From assembly GCA_964291215.2 (NCBI GenBank), contig OZ219790.1:1952001-2016000 (forward strand): a stretch of DNA of 64,000 nt, written 5' to 3'. The notes beneath the pieces are model-generated. The model made no database searches. It saw only the letters and a program-made list of their open reading frames with translations, and was not told the origin of the DNA. The stretch comes from Alphaproteobacteria bacterium. Its GTDB lineage: Bacteria; Pseudomonadota; Alphaproteobacteria; MPNO01; UBA830. This document shows, one piece after another, positions 1-10,208 of this stretch. Within the stretch, counting starts at the first letter, position 1, and every line of letters starts with the position of its first letter. Made by a program: the position numbers and the translations under genes.

Positions 1-1126
1 CGGATGCCCTGTTATCCCTGCTTCTGCAATCCCGTATCATCTTCAACAGGATGTCTTCCGCGTCCCCGCCCCGTCTGGCCGCTGCAGAGAAACGCTTCCT
101 GAATTCCGTCGTGTCCGCCTGGTGAACGATGACCGTGTCCCAGGCCGGTATGACGAAAACCGCCTGGTTGCCGAGCCCCCAAGCCCAGTAGGTGCCTTCG
201 GGAAACCCTGTGTCCGGACCGGGAACCCACCACAGATATCCGTGTCCCCACCGCAGGTCGTTTCGCCCGGTCGAGGTCATGTCCTCGTGAATGCGGTCGA
301 TCCATCCGGCGGGAATGATCTCCCTGGCGCCGATCCGGCCCCGGTCGAGGTAGAGCCGGCCGAACCGGACGAGGTCTCGCGTCGACATTCTGAACGCGGC
401 CGCGCGATGCCTCGAGACCTCCGGTTCTTCCATATACCGGACCGCGCCCGTCGTGAATTCCTGCATCCCGGCAGGCCGGGCAATCCCGTTCAGAAATGCG
501 TTGGCGACAGTCAGCCCAGTGCGTTTCTCGAAGATGGTCGTGAGAACATTGTAGTCCCAGTTGTTGTAGGCCCATTTGGTGCCGGGGGTGTTTTCCCCCC
601 GGCCCAGTAGCCGGTCCTTCTCGGCGGTCAGCCCGCCTTCGCCGGCTGCGGGGCGATTTATGCCCGAAACGCTCTTCAGCAGATGCCTGACGGTTGCCGT
701 CTTCTGCAGGGCCGTAAGCGGCCGCGGCGCCTCGCCGATATTCAGGTCGCCCAGGGTGTCCGCCAGAGAGATCCGTCCGCGTCCGGTCCCGACGTACTGT
801 CCCAGGATCGCGCTCAGCAGCGCCTTGCGAATCGAATGAACGTCATAGGCCCTGCCAGGATCGCCAAATGACGCGACGGTCCTGCCCTTCGTCACGATCA
901 CCAGGGCATCCGTGCTCAACGACGCGGTGTATTCGAACGCGACGTCCAGACCCTCGGAACTCCAGCCCAGCCCTGTCGTCTCCTCTGCGCTCAATCGCGA
1001 GACGACGAGGGTTCTCGCCTGCCCGTCGCACGCCGACAAACCGCGTTCCCCCGTCGCAAGCAGATAAACCGTTGCACAAGCGGCAACCACGACCAGCCCA
1101 ACCGCAGATTTGGCAGCCGTTCGCAT
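1..1126 (-). CDS. Serine hydrolase, beta-lactamase/class C-like family (runs off the left edge; absent from the ORF track)
   Basis: Manual translation from ATG at 1126 gives MRTAAKSAVGLVVVAACATVYLLA (signal-like), SxxK motif HSIRKALLS, YxN motif KWAYNNWDYN, MSTRDLVRFGRLYL, GYLWW and AWGLGNQ. No stop seen before position 1. Confidence 0.85.
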   Translation of the reverse strand, partial: MRTAAKSAVGLVVVAACATVYLLATGERGLSACDGQARTLVVSRLSAEETTGLGWSSEGLDVAFEYTASLSTDALVIVTKGRTVASFGDPGRAYDVHSIRKALLSAILGQYVGTGRGRISLADTLGDLNIGEAPRPLTALQKTATVRHLLKSVSGINRPAAGEGGLTAEKDRLLGRGENTPGTKWAYNNWDYNVLTTIFEKRTGLTVANAFLNGIARPAGMQEFTTGAVRYMEEPEVSRHRAAAFRMSTRDLVRFGRLYLDRGRIGAREIIPAGWIDRIHEDMTSTGRNDLRWGHGYLWWVPGPDTGFPEGTYWAWGLGNQAVFVIPAWDTVIVHQADTTEFRKRFSAAARRGGDAEDILLKMIRDCRSRDNRAS

Positions 1127-1248
1127 TTTCCCTGGCTCCACCGAATCGACATTCGCCGGATTCTGGCCATCCGGCATGATCCAAATTCAGACGTCCTGAC
1201 CTCGTGAGCTGACTTGATCAGTCCGCCCCCCCTTTTTCCAACACAATG

Positions 1249-2762
1249 GTAACTGCTCACCCCCTGGTTCCAGCTTGATGTCGGGGTAGAGCAACGAACG
1301 GGTTTTCGTGGAGATTTGACACTGCAGGCCGATTCGTTTAGTGGTGGTAATCGAGAACGACGGGGACCGCCAGTGGGCTACTTTGGATCGAAGGCGACGA
1401 GCGGGCTGTGCCAGCTGCTTTCGGGGCTCCAGCCCCCGCATGATCTGTATGTGAAAACGCATCTCGGAAGCGGCGCGCTGATGAAGCGCAAGGCCGGGTG
1501 ATGGCGACGGGCGGCGCGCGAGGAGTTCGAAGCGGCCAAGACCGCGGCGCTGCCGGCAAGGTGGCGGAAGAGGCCGTCATCCGCGTCCTCGTCATCCTGC
1601 TCGACATCATCATCGTCGTCCTTCTGGAGAAGACCACGCACGAGCCGGAACTCCGGTCTGCCGCCGTCACAGACGGACGAGAGCGTGCCGGGAGCAACGG
1701 CAAGGGCCCGAAGCCGAACCGGCAGATGGGCGACAACCTGCGCAAGATCATCGTCGAGGAGACGGTCGCGGCCTGCGACGCCTGCGGCACCGACATCGAC
1801 GGCCCCATCGATCGGGAGCGCCGCACGACATCGTGTTCGAGGTCGTCGAGCGCCGCGCCGAGATCAAGGAATGGCCGAAGTGCAAGGCCCGGTTCCCCGA
1901 CAACATCCCGTGCAGTACGGCATCGGCATCCAGGCCCTCGTTATCAACCTGCTGGTCGCCCAGATGCTGTCCCTGCGCCGTCGCGCTCGTGCAGGCGATC
2001 TCCGGCATCAAGCTCTCCGAGGCAACCTGCCTCAGCTATGCTTTCACGATGCGTCATGGGAGGAGGCCGCCGTGGCGCACCTCCTGCAACGCCCTGCCCT
2101 GCATGTCGACGAGACCGGATTTCGGATCAACAGTAAGTGGCTCCATGTCGTGGGACCCTGACGTGCAAGTTCCCGCACCGCAAGCGCGGCCGGGAGGCAA
2201 GAGATCGGCCCGTGCTACAAGGGCGTCCTGGGCCTCGTACATGGCAGTGTAGCCACCAGCTGTGCGGTAGCCACCTGCTGCGCGAACTGACCTTTGTCGT
2301 CGAGGCTACCGCGCGACTGATGAAGAGCCTGCTCCGCGAGGTCTGCCACAAGATCAACAAGAGCGCATCCAAAACCCTGAACGACGCCGGGCGCAAGCGC
2401 TACCGCACCATCAGGGCGCCAGGGAACTGCCCGACATCCCGCCGAAAGGAAAACGTGGACGCAAGTCCGACGCGCACAACCTGCACGAACGTCTCGTGAA
2501 ACACGAAAACCTGCGCTTCATAGACGACCCCGATGTCAGCTTCACCAACAATGCCGGAGAACAGAAAATCAGGATGGCAAAGCTCAAGGTGTCCGGATGC
2601 TTCCGCTCCACGCAAAAGCATGGTGCCAAGCTACCTCACCTCCATGGCCGCACTCGGCTACAATCATCACGTCGCAACCCAGATCGCCCTCGACGGAAAA
2701 GCCGCAGACATCATCAACGAGCACTACGACCAATCAGAACCCAACTAGGGGTGAGTAGATAC
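1249..2762 (+). mobile_element. IS66-family element (single-transposase, ISBst12-like), copy A, degraded
   Basis: Ends GTAACTGCTCACCCC / GTATCTACTCACCCC (rc). Perfect 8-bp TSD ACACAATG at 1241-1248 and 2763-2770. TnpC fragments in shifting frames: ACDACG, LHVDETGFRI, HQLCGSHLLREL, FTNNAGEQKIRMAK, VSGCFRS. Confidence 0.92.
1373..1501 (+). pseudogene. Remnant of a Dam/D12-class DNA adenine methyltransferase inside IS66 copy A
   Basis: VGYFGSKATSGLCQLL..LQPPHDLYVKTHLGSGALMKRK resembles the YxGxK...P-H-x-YVE-x-GGG (motif X/I) start of Dam-like MTases. The catalytic middle is missing. Confidence 0.7.
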
Positions 2763-2854
2763 ACACAATGAACGATTTTCCCGGTTTTTGCTTGACAACG
2801 TAGCCGCGTGATGGCCCGATATACCATGATGCCTGTAATTGGATACTCCCGGCC

Positions 2855-4891
2855 ATGAACACGCTCGCGATGCACCCTCCTGAAGCCATCGGAACCTCGT
2901 GCTTCTCCCTTGCGGATGTCGACGGACAGACCGTCTACTTCTCGAACATGGAGCCCTGCCACGACGAGGGCGGCGATGCTGCTGCGGATCGCCAGGCACC
3001 GCATTCCTCAAAGAGACCTGCAGGCGGCGTGAGCCGCGCGACCGTGCAGCGGGCGGTGAAGAAGCTCCGGGACAGGGGCGAAGCGAGCTTCCACGAGGCG
3101 CGCAGGAGCCGCGGTATCAGCGTGTTCACCGGCGAGACGGCGGACGCGGCGAATCGTCTCCTGGCCGAGGGCATGAGCGCCGCGGCACTGGCCCGGGAAC
3201 CGGGGATTGCGAGATCGACGGTGTACTACAACCTCGGCAACGGGTTTGTCGGCGCCGGAGGGCGGCCGCAGCCGGAGGCGGCGAAAGTCGACGAGGCCAC
3301 GAGATGTCCGGACGATCTTCTCGGCCGCGGCGAGCGGGACCGTCGCGACAGGGTCGCGCCGATGGGGCGCGCGCGACAGCGCCGGGCGCGTCGCGGCCTC
3401 GACGGGGGCCATGACCGAAGCGCCGCCGCGCTTCGACGAGCCGCTCTCGGCGCTGTTGAAGGAGGGTCTCCCGGAGCACGCGAACAGGTTCCTGTCGCTG
3501 CCGAAAGGGTATTACGGGCTGACGGGCGTGCTTCTCATGCTCGCGTTCCTGTTCATGGGCCGGAACCCCGAGGCGCTCGGAGAACGGGGCGCGGTCGTGG
3601 GGCTCGACCGCTGCCCGGAGGCCAGGACGCTGCGGCACAAGATCAGGACGCTTGCGAGCGACCCGCAGCGGGTCCGGGACTGGCAGGACGCGCTGGCCTG
3701 GATCGCGGACGCGCGACGCTGTCGGTGGACGAGCACGTGAAGGTGTATTCGGGCCGCAAGGGCCGCCTGCAGAAGCACTTCGTGTCGCAGCTCTGCCTGC
3801 CGGCCTTGATCAGCTGCTGGGTCAACGCGCTCGGCGGCAGGCCGCTCCTGTGCCTGCACAAGGACCCGACCATGACGCACGCGCTGGAGCACGACATCCT
3901 GCCTGCGCTGGAGCGGCCTGCCGGGGCGCCGGATCTCGCCAAGGGAGAGGCGGCCGCGCTGACGCTGGTGTTCGACCGCTGGAGCCCGGCGCTGTTCGCC
4001 CGCCTCGCCCGGCGCAGGATGGCGGTGATCGCCTGGCACAAGGGGTTCGGGGGCGATCCCTGGCCGGAGGGGGAGTTCCGCACGGCCGCTCCACGGTCCA
4101 GGTTCCGGACCGCCGAGGTGCGGCTCGCGGAGAAACGGATCACGCTGTCCGGCGGGCCGGAGGTGCGCCAGATCCGGCGTCTTCCGGACAGCGGCCGGCA
4201 GGTGCCGCTTGTCACCACCGACATGCACACGCCCATGGAGCGGGTCGCTGGCGCGCTGTTCTGGCGCTGGTCCCGGGAGAACTTCTTCAAGTACATGCGC
4301 GAGGGGCTCGGCCTCGACGCCCGTGCACGGCCTTGTCGAGCAGGACCCCGCAGCGCGCGTCCCGGACTGGCGCCGCTGCGACCGCCGCATCCGGCAACTG
4401 CGCCAGAATCTCGGCACGCTGCGCAACCGCGTCGCCGACCTGCTCGGGGGCACCCCGTCCGACACCGCTGTCACGCTGAAGGACGAGATCGTGACGCTCG
4501 ACGCCGAGCACGAGGCGCTCAAGGTCCGGCGTTCAGAAACCCCGAAGCATGTCACGGTGGCCGAGCTCGACGAGAGACTCGACGCCCTGCCCTCCAGCGA
4601 GAAGCTTCTGCTCGACATCGTTCGCATGATCGCCTACCGCGCCGAGACCCGGATGATGTCCGCCGTCGCCGCGGCGCAGGGCGCAAAGCAGCGTCCACGA
4701 CGCCCTCTCGCCGAACTGTTCCAGTCGGACGCCGACATCGCCGGACTGCTCGACGAACTCAACCGGACGCGCACGATCTTCCCCGGAACCGGCCTCCGCA
4801 TGATCTACGAACTGCCAGACAACGCACGCAAACCCGGCCCGGAAGCATCACTCCGATTGGAAGAAATCGAAGCCGCGGTCAGGACCTCTGA
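2855..4891 (+). pseudogene. Frameshifted DDE-type transposase with N-terminal HTH
   Basis: Fragments across frames: VSRATVQRAVKKLR, LSVDEHVKVYSGRKGRL, WVNALGGRPL, LVFDRWSPALF, LFWRWSRENFFKYMREGLGLD, IVRMIAYRAETRM. The stop codon lies in the right TIR. Confidence 0.75.
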
Positions 4892-4992
4892 AATTATGTC
4901 TCCGGCCTTTCCGGTCAATCGGTGTCGGGCGCTACCCTGGAAGGCTCCTCCGGTGCATGGTGCGGTCCGGCCAATTTTTGTCCGGAACGGGC

Positions 4993-5021
4993 TTTACTGT
5001 CCCGGTTGCATACGCCATATT
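4993..5021 (+). promoter_or_regulatory. Putative sigma70 promoter of ssrA
   Basis: TTTACT-N17-CATATT immediately upstream of the tmRNA acceptor piece. Confidence 0.45.
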
Positions 5022-5026
5022 CGTCC

Positions 5027-5310
5027 TGTCGGCTTGCCGACTATGGCGATAAACGGCTTGTGCAATAAGCGCCGTGGACCCGGGGGCAGTACCCGGCGCC
5101 TCCACCAACGCATCCTGCGGGAACTGCCGCGGATGTTCCGACGGGGGCGAAACAGGATCGACACGCGTCTAAAGACTTGCTTTTCGCCCGGTATGGTACC
5201 GCCGTTAGCGGGCCGCCTTTACAAATGCCAATGACAACGAATTGGCCCTCGCTGCCTAGATCTAGGAAAGCGCGGTCCCGGGGGCACCGGGCAACAGAAG
5301 CCCCCGACTT
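5027..5310 (+). ncRNA. ssrA: Two-piece (circularly permuted) tmRNA; tag ANDNELALAA
   Basis: Acceptor piece ends GACCCGGGGGCAGTACCCGGCGCCTCCACCA (5107). Coding piece starts GGGGGCGAAACAGGATCGAC (5143). Tag codons GCC AAT GAC AAC GAA TTG GCC CTC GCT GCC TAG at 5227-5259. Followed by sspB. Outer ends approximate. Confidence 0.93.
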
Positions 5311-5465
5311 CCACGACCCGACAGGCCTCTGGAAGCGGACAGTCCGATGTTGCCCGGGCTGCAAACCTGGCCGAAGCGCTTGGCTAGGTCCGGTTCCGGA
5401 GCTATTCTGCGATCCGGCTGCGAGGTGCAGCGCACGGACAGCAGAAATGCGGGACTTGCCGGCTC

Positions 5466-5945
5466 ATGGCTGACGACCTGATCGACTACGCGCAACTGGC
5501 TGCACGGGCAATGCGCGGAATCATGCGCGAAGCGCTCGCACGCGTCGAACAGGAAGGCCTGCCCGGCGAGCACCATTTCTACATCTCGTTCCGGACCAAG
5601 CATCCGGATGTCCGTATCGCGGATTTCCTGAGGCACAAATACCCCGAAGAGATGACCATCGTCCTTCAACACAAGTTCTGGGGCCTTGCCGCGCGCGAGG
5701 ACACCTTCGACGTCACGCTGAGCTTTTCCGGCCGGCACGAGGTTCTCCATATCCCCTATGAGGCAATAACCGTCTTCGCCGACCCGTCCGTCAATTTCAG
5801 CCTTCAGTTCGACGGCGCAGGCGACGGGACCGTCGCGGAGGGTCCGGCAGATTCCGATGAAGACGCGCCGCCGGCTCAGGCCGACCGCGGCGAAGGCACC
5901 AGCGAGGTCATCGCCCTTGATGCCTTTCGCAAGAACAGGACCTGA
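5466..5945 (+). CDS. sspB: ClpXP protease specificity-enhancing factor SspB (alphaproteobacterial type)
   Basis: GLPGEHHFYISF, YPEEMTIVLQHKFW, FADPSVNFSLQF and C-terminal VIALDAFRK; directly downstream of ssrA. Confidence 0.93.
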   Translation: MADDLIDYAQLAARAMRGIMREALARVEQEGLPGEHHFYISFRTKHPDVRIADFLRHKYPEEMTIVLQHKFWGLAAREDTFDVTLSFSGRHEVLHIPYEAITVFADPSVNFSLQFDGAGDGTVAEGPADSDEDAPPAQADRGEGTSEVIALDAFRKNRT

Positions 5946-6015
5946 GCCGGTGAGTTTGCGTGCCGCGCCCGCCGCCCAACCCCGCACCAACCAGCAACCA
6001 GGGAGTTGATCCGAC

Positions 6016-7626
6016 ATGGCCGACGGCTCCTACGATGATATCCTTCCTCTCGGTCCCGATGAGACCGAGTACCGCAAACTCACGTCGGACTTCGTGTCGG
6101 TCGCCGATTTCGAAGGGGAGGAGATCCTCAAGGTCGAACCCGAGGGTCTCGAACAGCTTTCCGCGGAGGCGTTCTCCGACATCGCCCACTTCCTGAGGCC
6201 GGGGCATCTGCAGCAGTTGCGCGATATTCTCGATGATCCGGAGGCGTCGGACAATGACCGCTTCGTGGCTCTCGATCTCCTGAAGAACGCCAACATCGCC
6301 GCCGGCGGTATCCTGCCCATGTGCCAGGATACCGGGACCGCGATCATCGTGGGCAAGAAGGGACACAATGTTCGCACGGACGGCAACGACGAATCGGCGC
6401 TGTCGGACGGGGTTCTCAGAACCTATCGGGAACGAAATCTGCGTTATTCCCACGTCTCGCCGCTTGCGACGTTCAGCGAAACCAACACCGGTACCAACCT
6501 GCCCGCGCAGATCGAGATCTATTCCAGCCGCGGCGACGAGTACAAGTTCCTCTTCATTGCCAAGGGCGGCGGTTCGGCCAACAAGTCGTTTCTCTACCAG
6601 CTGACACCAGCGGTGCTGAACGAAAAGGCGATGCTCTCGTTCATTGACGAGAAGATCCGCTCGATCGGAACCGCGGCCTGTCCGCCATACCATCTGGCAA
6701 TCGTCATCGGCGGTACGTCGGCCGAATTCACCATGAAGACGGTCAAGCTCGCCACCACCCGCTATCTCGACTCGCTGCCGACCGAGGGCGGCGATCGAGG
6801 GACCGGCTACCGCGACCTCGGGATGGAGGAGAGGGTTCTCGAGCTCTCCCGCAAGACCGGCATCGGCGCCCAGTTCGGAGGCAAGTATTTCTGCCACGAC
6901 GTCCGCGTGATCCGCCTGCCGCGGCACGGCGCGAGCGTTCCCATAGGCCTCGGCGTCTCCTGTGCGGCCGACCGCCAGGCGCTTGCAAGGATCACGAGGG
7001 ACGGCGTGTTCCTCGAACAGCTCGAGATGAACCCCGCCAGGTTCCTGCCCGAAATCGAACCCGCCGATCTCGCCGGCGAGGTGGTGGAGATCGACCTCGC
7101 CCGCCCGATGGAAGATCTCAGGCGTACGCTCGGGCGCTGCGGCATAAGCACGCGCCTCTCGCTCACCGGGCCGATGGTCGTGGCGCGCGACGCCGCTCAC
7201 GCCAAAATCAAGCAACGGCTCGACGCCGGAGAGCCGATGCCCGACCATTTCCGGAACCATGCGATCTATTACGCGGGCCCAGCCAAGACACCGAAGGGAT
7301 ATGCCTCGGGCTCGTTCGGCCCGACCACTGCAGGCCGGATGGATTCCTATGTCGAGGAATTCCAGGCCCGCGGCGGTAGCCACGTGATGCTGGCCAAGGG
7401 CAACCGGTCGCGGCAGGTGACGGAGTCGTGCAAAAAGCATGGCGGCTTCTACCTTGGCTCGATAGGGGGTCCAGCTGCCCGGCTGGCGCAGGATTGCATC
7501 AGAAAGGTCGACTGCATCGAGTATCCCGAACTCGGGATGGAGGCGATCTGGCGCATCGAGGTCGAGGATTTTCCCGCGTTCGTCGTGATCGACGACAAGG
7601 GAAACGATTTTTTCGCCGGATTTTGA
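6016..7626 (+). CDS. fumA: Class I (Fe-S) fumarate hydratase
   Basis: [37 protein letters not shown] and C-terminal DDKGNDFF; 536 aa. Confidence 0.95.
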   Translation: MADGSYDDILPLGPDETEYRKLTSDFVSVADFEGEEILKVEPEGLEQLSAEAFSDIAHFLRPGHLQQLRDILDDPEASDNDRFVALDLLKNANIAAGGILPMCQDTGTAIIVGKKGHNVRTDGNDESALSDGVLRTYRERNLRYSHVSPLATFSETNTGTNLPAQIEIYSSRGDEYKFLFIAKGGGSANKSFLYQLTPAVLNEKAMLSFIDEKIRSIGTAACPPYHLAIVIGGTSAEFTMKTVKLATTRYLDSLPTEGGDRGTGYRDLGMEERVLELSRKTGIGAQFGGKYFCHDVRVIRLPRHGASVPIGLGVSCAADRQALARITRDGVFLEQLEMNPARFLPEIEPADLAGEVVEIDLARPMEDLRRTLGRCGISTRLSLTGPMVVARDAAHAKIKQRLDAGEPMPDHFRNHAIYYAGPAKTPKGYASGSFGPTTAGRMDSYVEEFQARGGSHVMLAKGNRSRQVTESCKKHGGFYLGSIGGPAARLAQDCIRKVDCIEYPELGMEAIWRIEVEDFPAFVVIDDKGNDFFAGF

Positions 7627-7643
7627 CGGGCCTGCCTCGGGCG

Positions 7644-7960
7644 ATGACGGCGCTTCCCGATACTTGACCGACGCGCGGTCACGGCCCGGTGCGGCTCCGC
7701 GGCAGACGCCTGCGACACCGATAAACCGCGGCGGAAGGTCCAAGCCCTCTGCCCGCGCCTCCCGGCCTTCAACGCCAAGGCACCGCCGCAGCGCCCTCTC
7801 GCCGAACCGTTCGGCATCCGACTGCCGCCTCCAGGCGCAGACGATCGGCCCGACGCAGATGTTCGCCCTGCCGTCGATCCCCGGCGCAGCACGGCGCTGG
7901 CGGTCGATCCAGCCACGGCACCGCTTGGCCGAACTCCTCCGGAACAGGTCCGTCAGATGA
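7644..7960 (+). pseudogene. Eroded G/U mismatch-specific DNA glycosylase (Mug-like)
   Basis: Starts MTALPD. The C-terminal stretch LQAQTIGPTQMFALPSIPGAARRWRSIQPRHRLAELL resembles the LPSTSGAARxxW..W..LA end of Mug-family proteins. The middle is deleted or frameshifted, and the stop overlaps the next ATG. Confidence 0.5.
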
Positions 7961-8322
7961 AATTCTGCGTGTTCGGTGTCGGCGGATTCGTCGGCGGCAT
8001 GGTCGCCCGTTCCGTTGCCGAGGTGTCGTTGGTAGCGCACGGACCCCACCTTGCCGCGCGTCGTGCCGACGGCCTCGAAGTCATCGCCGATGGCGAGCAG
8101 TTCACGGTCAAGGTCCCGGCAACGGACAGGCCTCAGGAACTGGTCTGCAGGATGTCGTGTTCATGGCTGTCAAGGCGCATGGCCTCGCCGCGGCGGCGCA
8201 GGCTGCCAGACCGCTGATGGGTCCGAAAACGGTGGTCGTCTCAGCACAGAACGGAATACCGTTCTGGTACTTCCACGCCCACGGCGGCCCGTTCGACAAC
8301 CGCGCATTGCAGACGGTGGATC
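7957..8322 (+). pseudogene. 2-dehydropantoate 2-reductase (PanE/ApbA family), N-terminal fragment cut by a MITE
   Basis: MKFCVFGVGGFVGG (shortened Rossmann loop), VSLVAHGPHLAA, a frameshift, then DVVFMAVKAH and VVSAQNGIPFWYFH. Ends at the MITE TIR. Confidence 0.85.
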
Positions 8323-8514
8323 CACGACGATCCCACGCTGCTAATCCAGCGGCGACCGGCGAGATTTTTCGGTCTGCGTCGCGCTGCAATCGTGCCGCCA
8401 AGGCTCAATGAGGCCTTCTCGGCGCGAAAAATTGCGATCAAGGAGCGATCCGTGATGACGCGAGCCCCAACACATTCGGATTTCGCGTCTCGGAATCAGC
8501 ATGGAATCACCGTG
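8323..8514. mobile_element. MITE (about 190 bp), copy 1, with ISAs1-type ends
   Basis: 17-bp TIR CACGACGATCCCACGCT / CACGGTGATTCCATGCT (rc). Similar copy at 50073-50265, and the same TIR as the element at 27600-30620. No TSD visible. Confidence 0.8.
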
Positions 8515-8545
8515 ATCAACACCTAGGGGAATCGCTTTTGAAGAT

Positions 8546-10148
8546 GTAACTGCTCACCCCCTGGTTCCGGCTTGATGTCGGGGTAGAGCAACGAACGGGT
8601 TTTCGTGGAGATTTGACACTGCAGGCCGATTCGCTTAGTGGTGGTCATCGAGAACGACGGGGACCGCCAGTGGGCTACTTTGGATCGAAGGCGACGAGCG
8701 GGCTGTGCCAGCTGCTTCCGGGGCTCCAGCCTCCGCATGATCTGTATGTGGAAACGCATTTCGGAGGCGGCGTGCTGATGAAGCGCAAGGCGGAGTACCG
8801 GAAGATGCCGCCGGGCGAGCGCCAGGCGATGCTCGCAACGATCATGACCGTCGAGGCCGGGTGATGGCGACGGTCAACGCGGCGTCGCTACGCGAGGAGT
8901 TCGAAGCGGCCAAGATCGCGGCGCTGCGTGCGGCCGGCAAGGTGGCGGAAGAGGCCGTCATCCGCGTCTTCGTCATCCTGCTCGACATCCTCATCGTCGT
9001 CCTTCTGGAGAAGACCACGCACGAGCCGGAACTCCGGTCTGCCGCCGTCACAGACGGACAAGAGCGTGCCGGGAGCAAGGGCCCGAAGCCGAACCGGCAG
9101 ATGGGCGACAACCTGCGCAAGACCATCGTCGAGGAAACGGTCGCCGCCTGCGACGCCTGCGGCGCCGACATCGACGGCCCCGTCGATCGGGAGCGCCGCA
9201 CGACATCGTGTTCGAGGTCGTCGAGCGCCGCGCCGAGATCAAGGAATGCCCGAAGTGCAAGGCCCGGACCAAGGGCCGGTTCCCCGACAACATCCCGTGC
9301 AGTACGGCATCGGCATTCAGGCCCTCGTCATCAACCTGCTGGTCGCCCAGATGCTGTCCCTGCGCCGTCGCGTTCGTGCAGGCGATCTCCGGCATCAAGC
9401 TCTCCGAGGCCTCGGCTATGCTTTCACGATGCGTCATGGGAGGAGGCCGCCGTGGCGCACCTCCTGCAACGCCCGATATCGACGAGACCGGATTTCGGAT
9501 CAATAGCAAGTGGCTCCATGTCGTGGGACCCTGACGTGCAAGTTCCCGCACCGCAAGCGCGGGCAAGAGATCGGCCCGTGCTACAAGGGCGTCCTGGGCC
9601 TCGTACATGGGCCAGTGTAGCCACCAGCTGTGCGGCAGCCACCTGCTGCGCGAACTGACCTTTGTCGTCGAGGCTACCGCGCGACTTATAAAGAGCCTGC
9701 TCCGCGAGGTCTGCCACAAGGTCAACAAGAGCGCATCCAAAACCCTGAACGAGGCCGGGCCGTGCGCAAGCGCTACCGCACCATCAGGGCGCCAAGGAAC
9801 TGCCCGACATCCCGCCGCCGACGAAAGGAAAACGTGGACGCAAGTCCGACGCGCACAACCTGCACGAACGTCTCGTGAAACACGAAAACCTGCGCTTCAC
9901 AGACGACCCCAACGTCAGCTTCACCAACAATGCCGGAGAACAGAAAATCAGGATGGCAAAGGTCAAGGTGTCCGGATGCTTCCGCTCCACGCAAAAGCAT
10001 GGTGCCGGGGCTCAAGCTACCTCACCTCCATGGCCGCACTCGGCTACAGCCCACTCGTCGCCACCCAGATCGCCCTCGACGGAAAAGCCGCAGACATCAT
10101 CAACGAGCACTATGGCCAATCAGAACCCAACAAGGGGTGAGTAGATAC
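8546..10148 (+). mobile_element. IS66-family element, copy B, degraded
   Basis: Same TIRs as copy A. TSD TTGAAGAT (8538-8545) / CTGAAGAT (10149-10156), 7 of 8 matching. Collinear with copy A. Confidence 0.92.
8670..8864 (+). pseudogene. Internally deleted Dam-like DNA adenine methyltransferase inside IS66 copy B
   Basis: VGYFGSKATSGLCQLLPGLQPPHDLYVETHFGGGVLMKRK joined in frame to AEYRKMPPGERQAMLATIMTVEAG*. The stop overlaps the transposase start (GTGATG). Confidence 0.72.
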
Positions 10149-10208
10149 CTGAAGATTAGCTGTTAGGCGCTTGTGTTTTCGATTCACACTCCCGCTGGTC
10201 CCCCCGCT

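Larger units (their letters stand above)
1188..4890 (+). mobile_element. Unclassified (ISNCY-like) insertion sequence, degraded, interrupted by IS66 copy A
   Basis: TIR CAGACGTCCTGACCTCG (1188) matches CAGAGGTCCTGACCGCG (reverse complement, ending 4890). 5-bp TSD AAATT at 1183-1187 and 4891-4895. Confidence 0.85.

Noticed and set aside
2855-4891. 678-aa ORF as an intact transposase
   Set aside because: Recognisable segments alternate between frames, so the open frame is only partly the true protein.
5070-5107. tRNA gene suggested by a T-arm-like hairpin and CCA
   Set aside because: It is the acceptor piece of the permuted tmRNA; there is no anticodon arm.
5027-5310. ssrA as the attachment site of the integrase island
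   Set aside because: No duplicated ssrA 3' end was seen elsewhere, and ssrA-sspB is uninterrupted.
5908-8049. 713-aa minus-strand ORF and similar long ORFs (13899-15794, 15812-17806, 37741-40233, 59031-60887)
   Set aside because: These are antisense shadows of real genes, expected from high-GC codon usage, and show no motifs.
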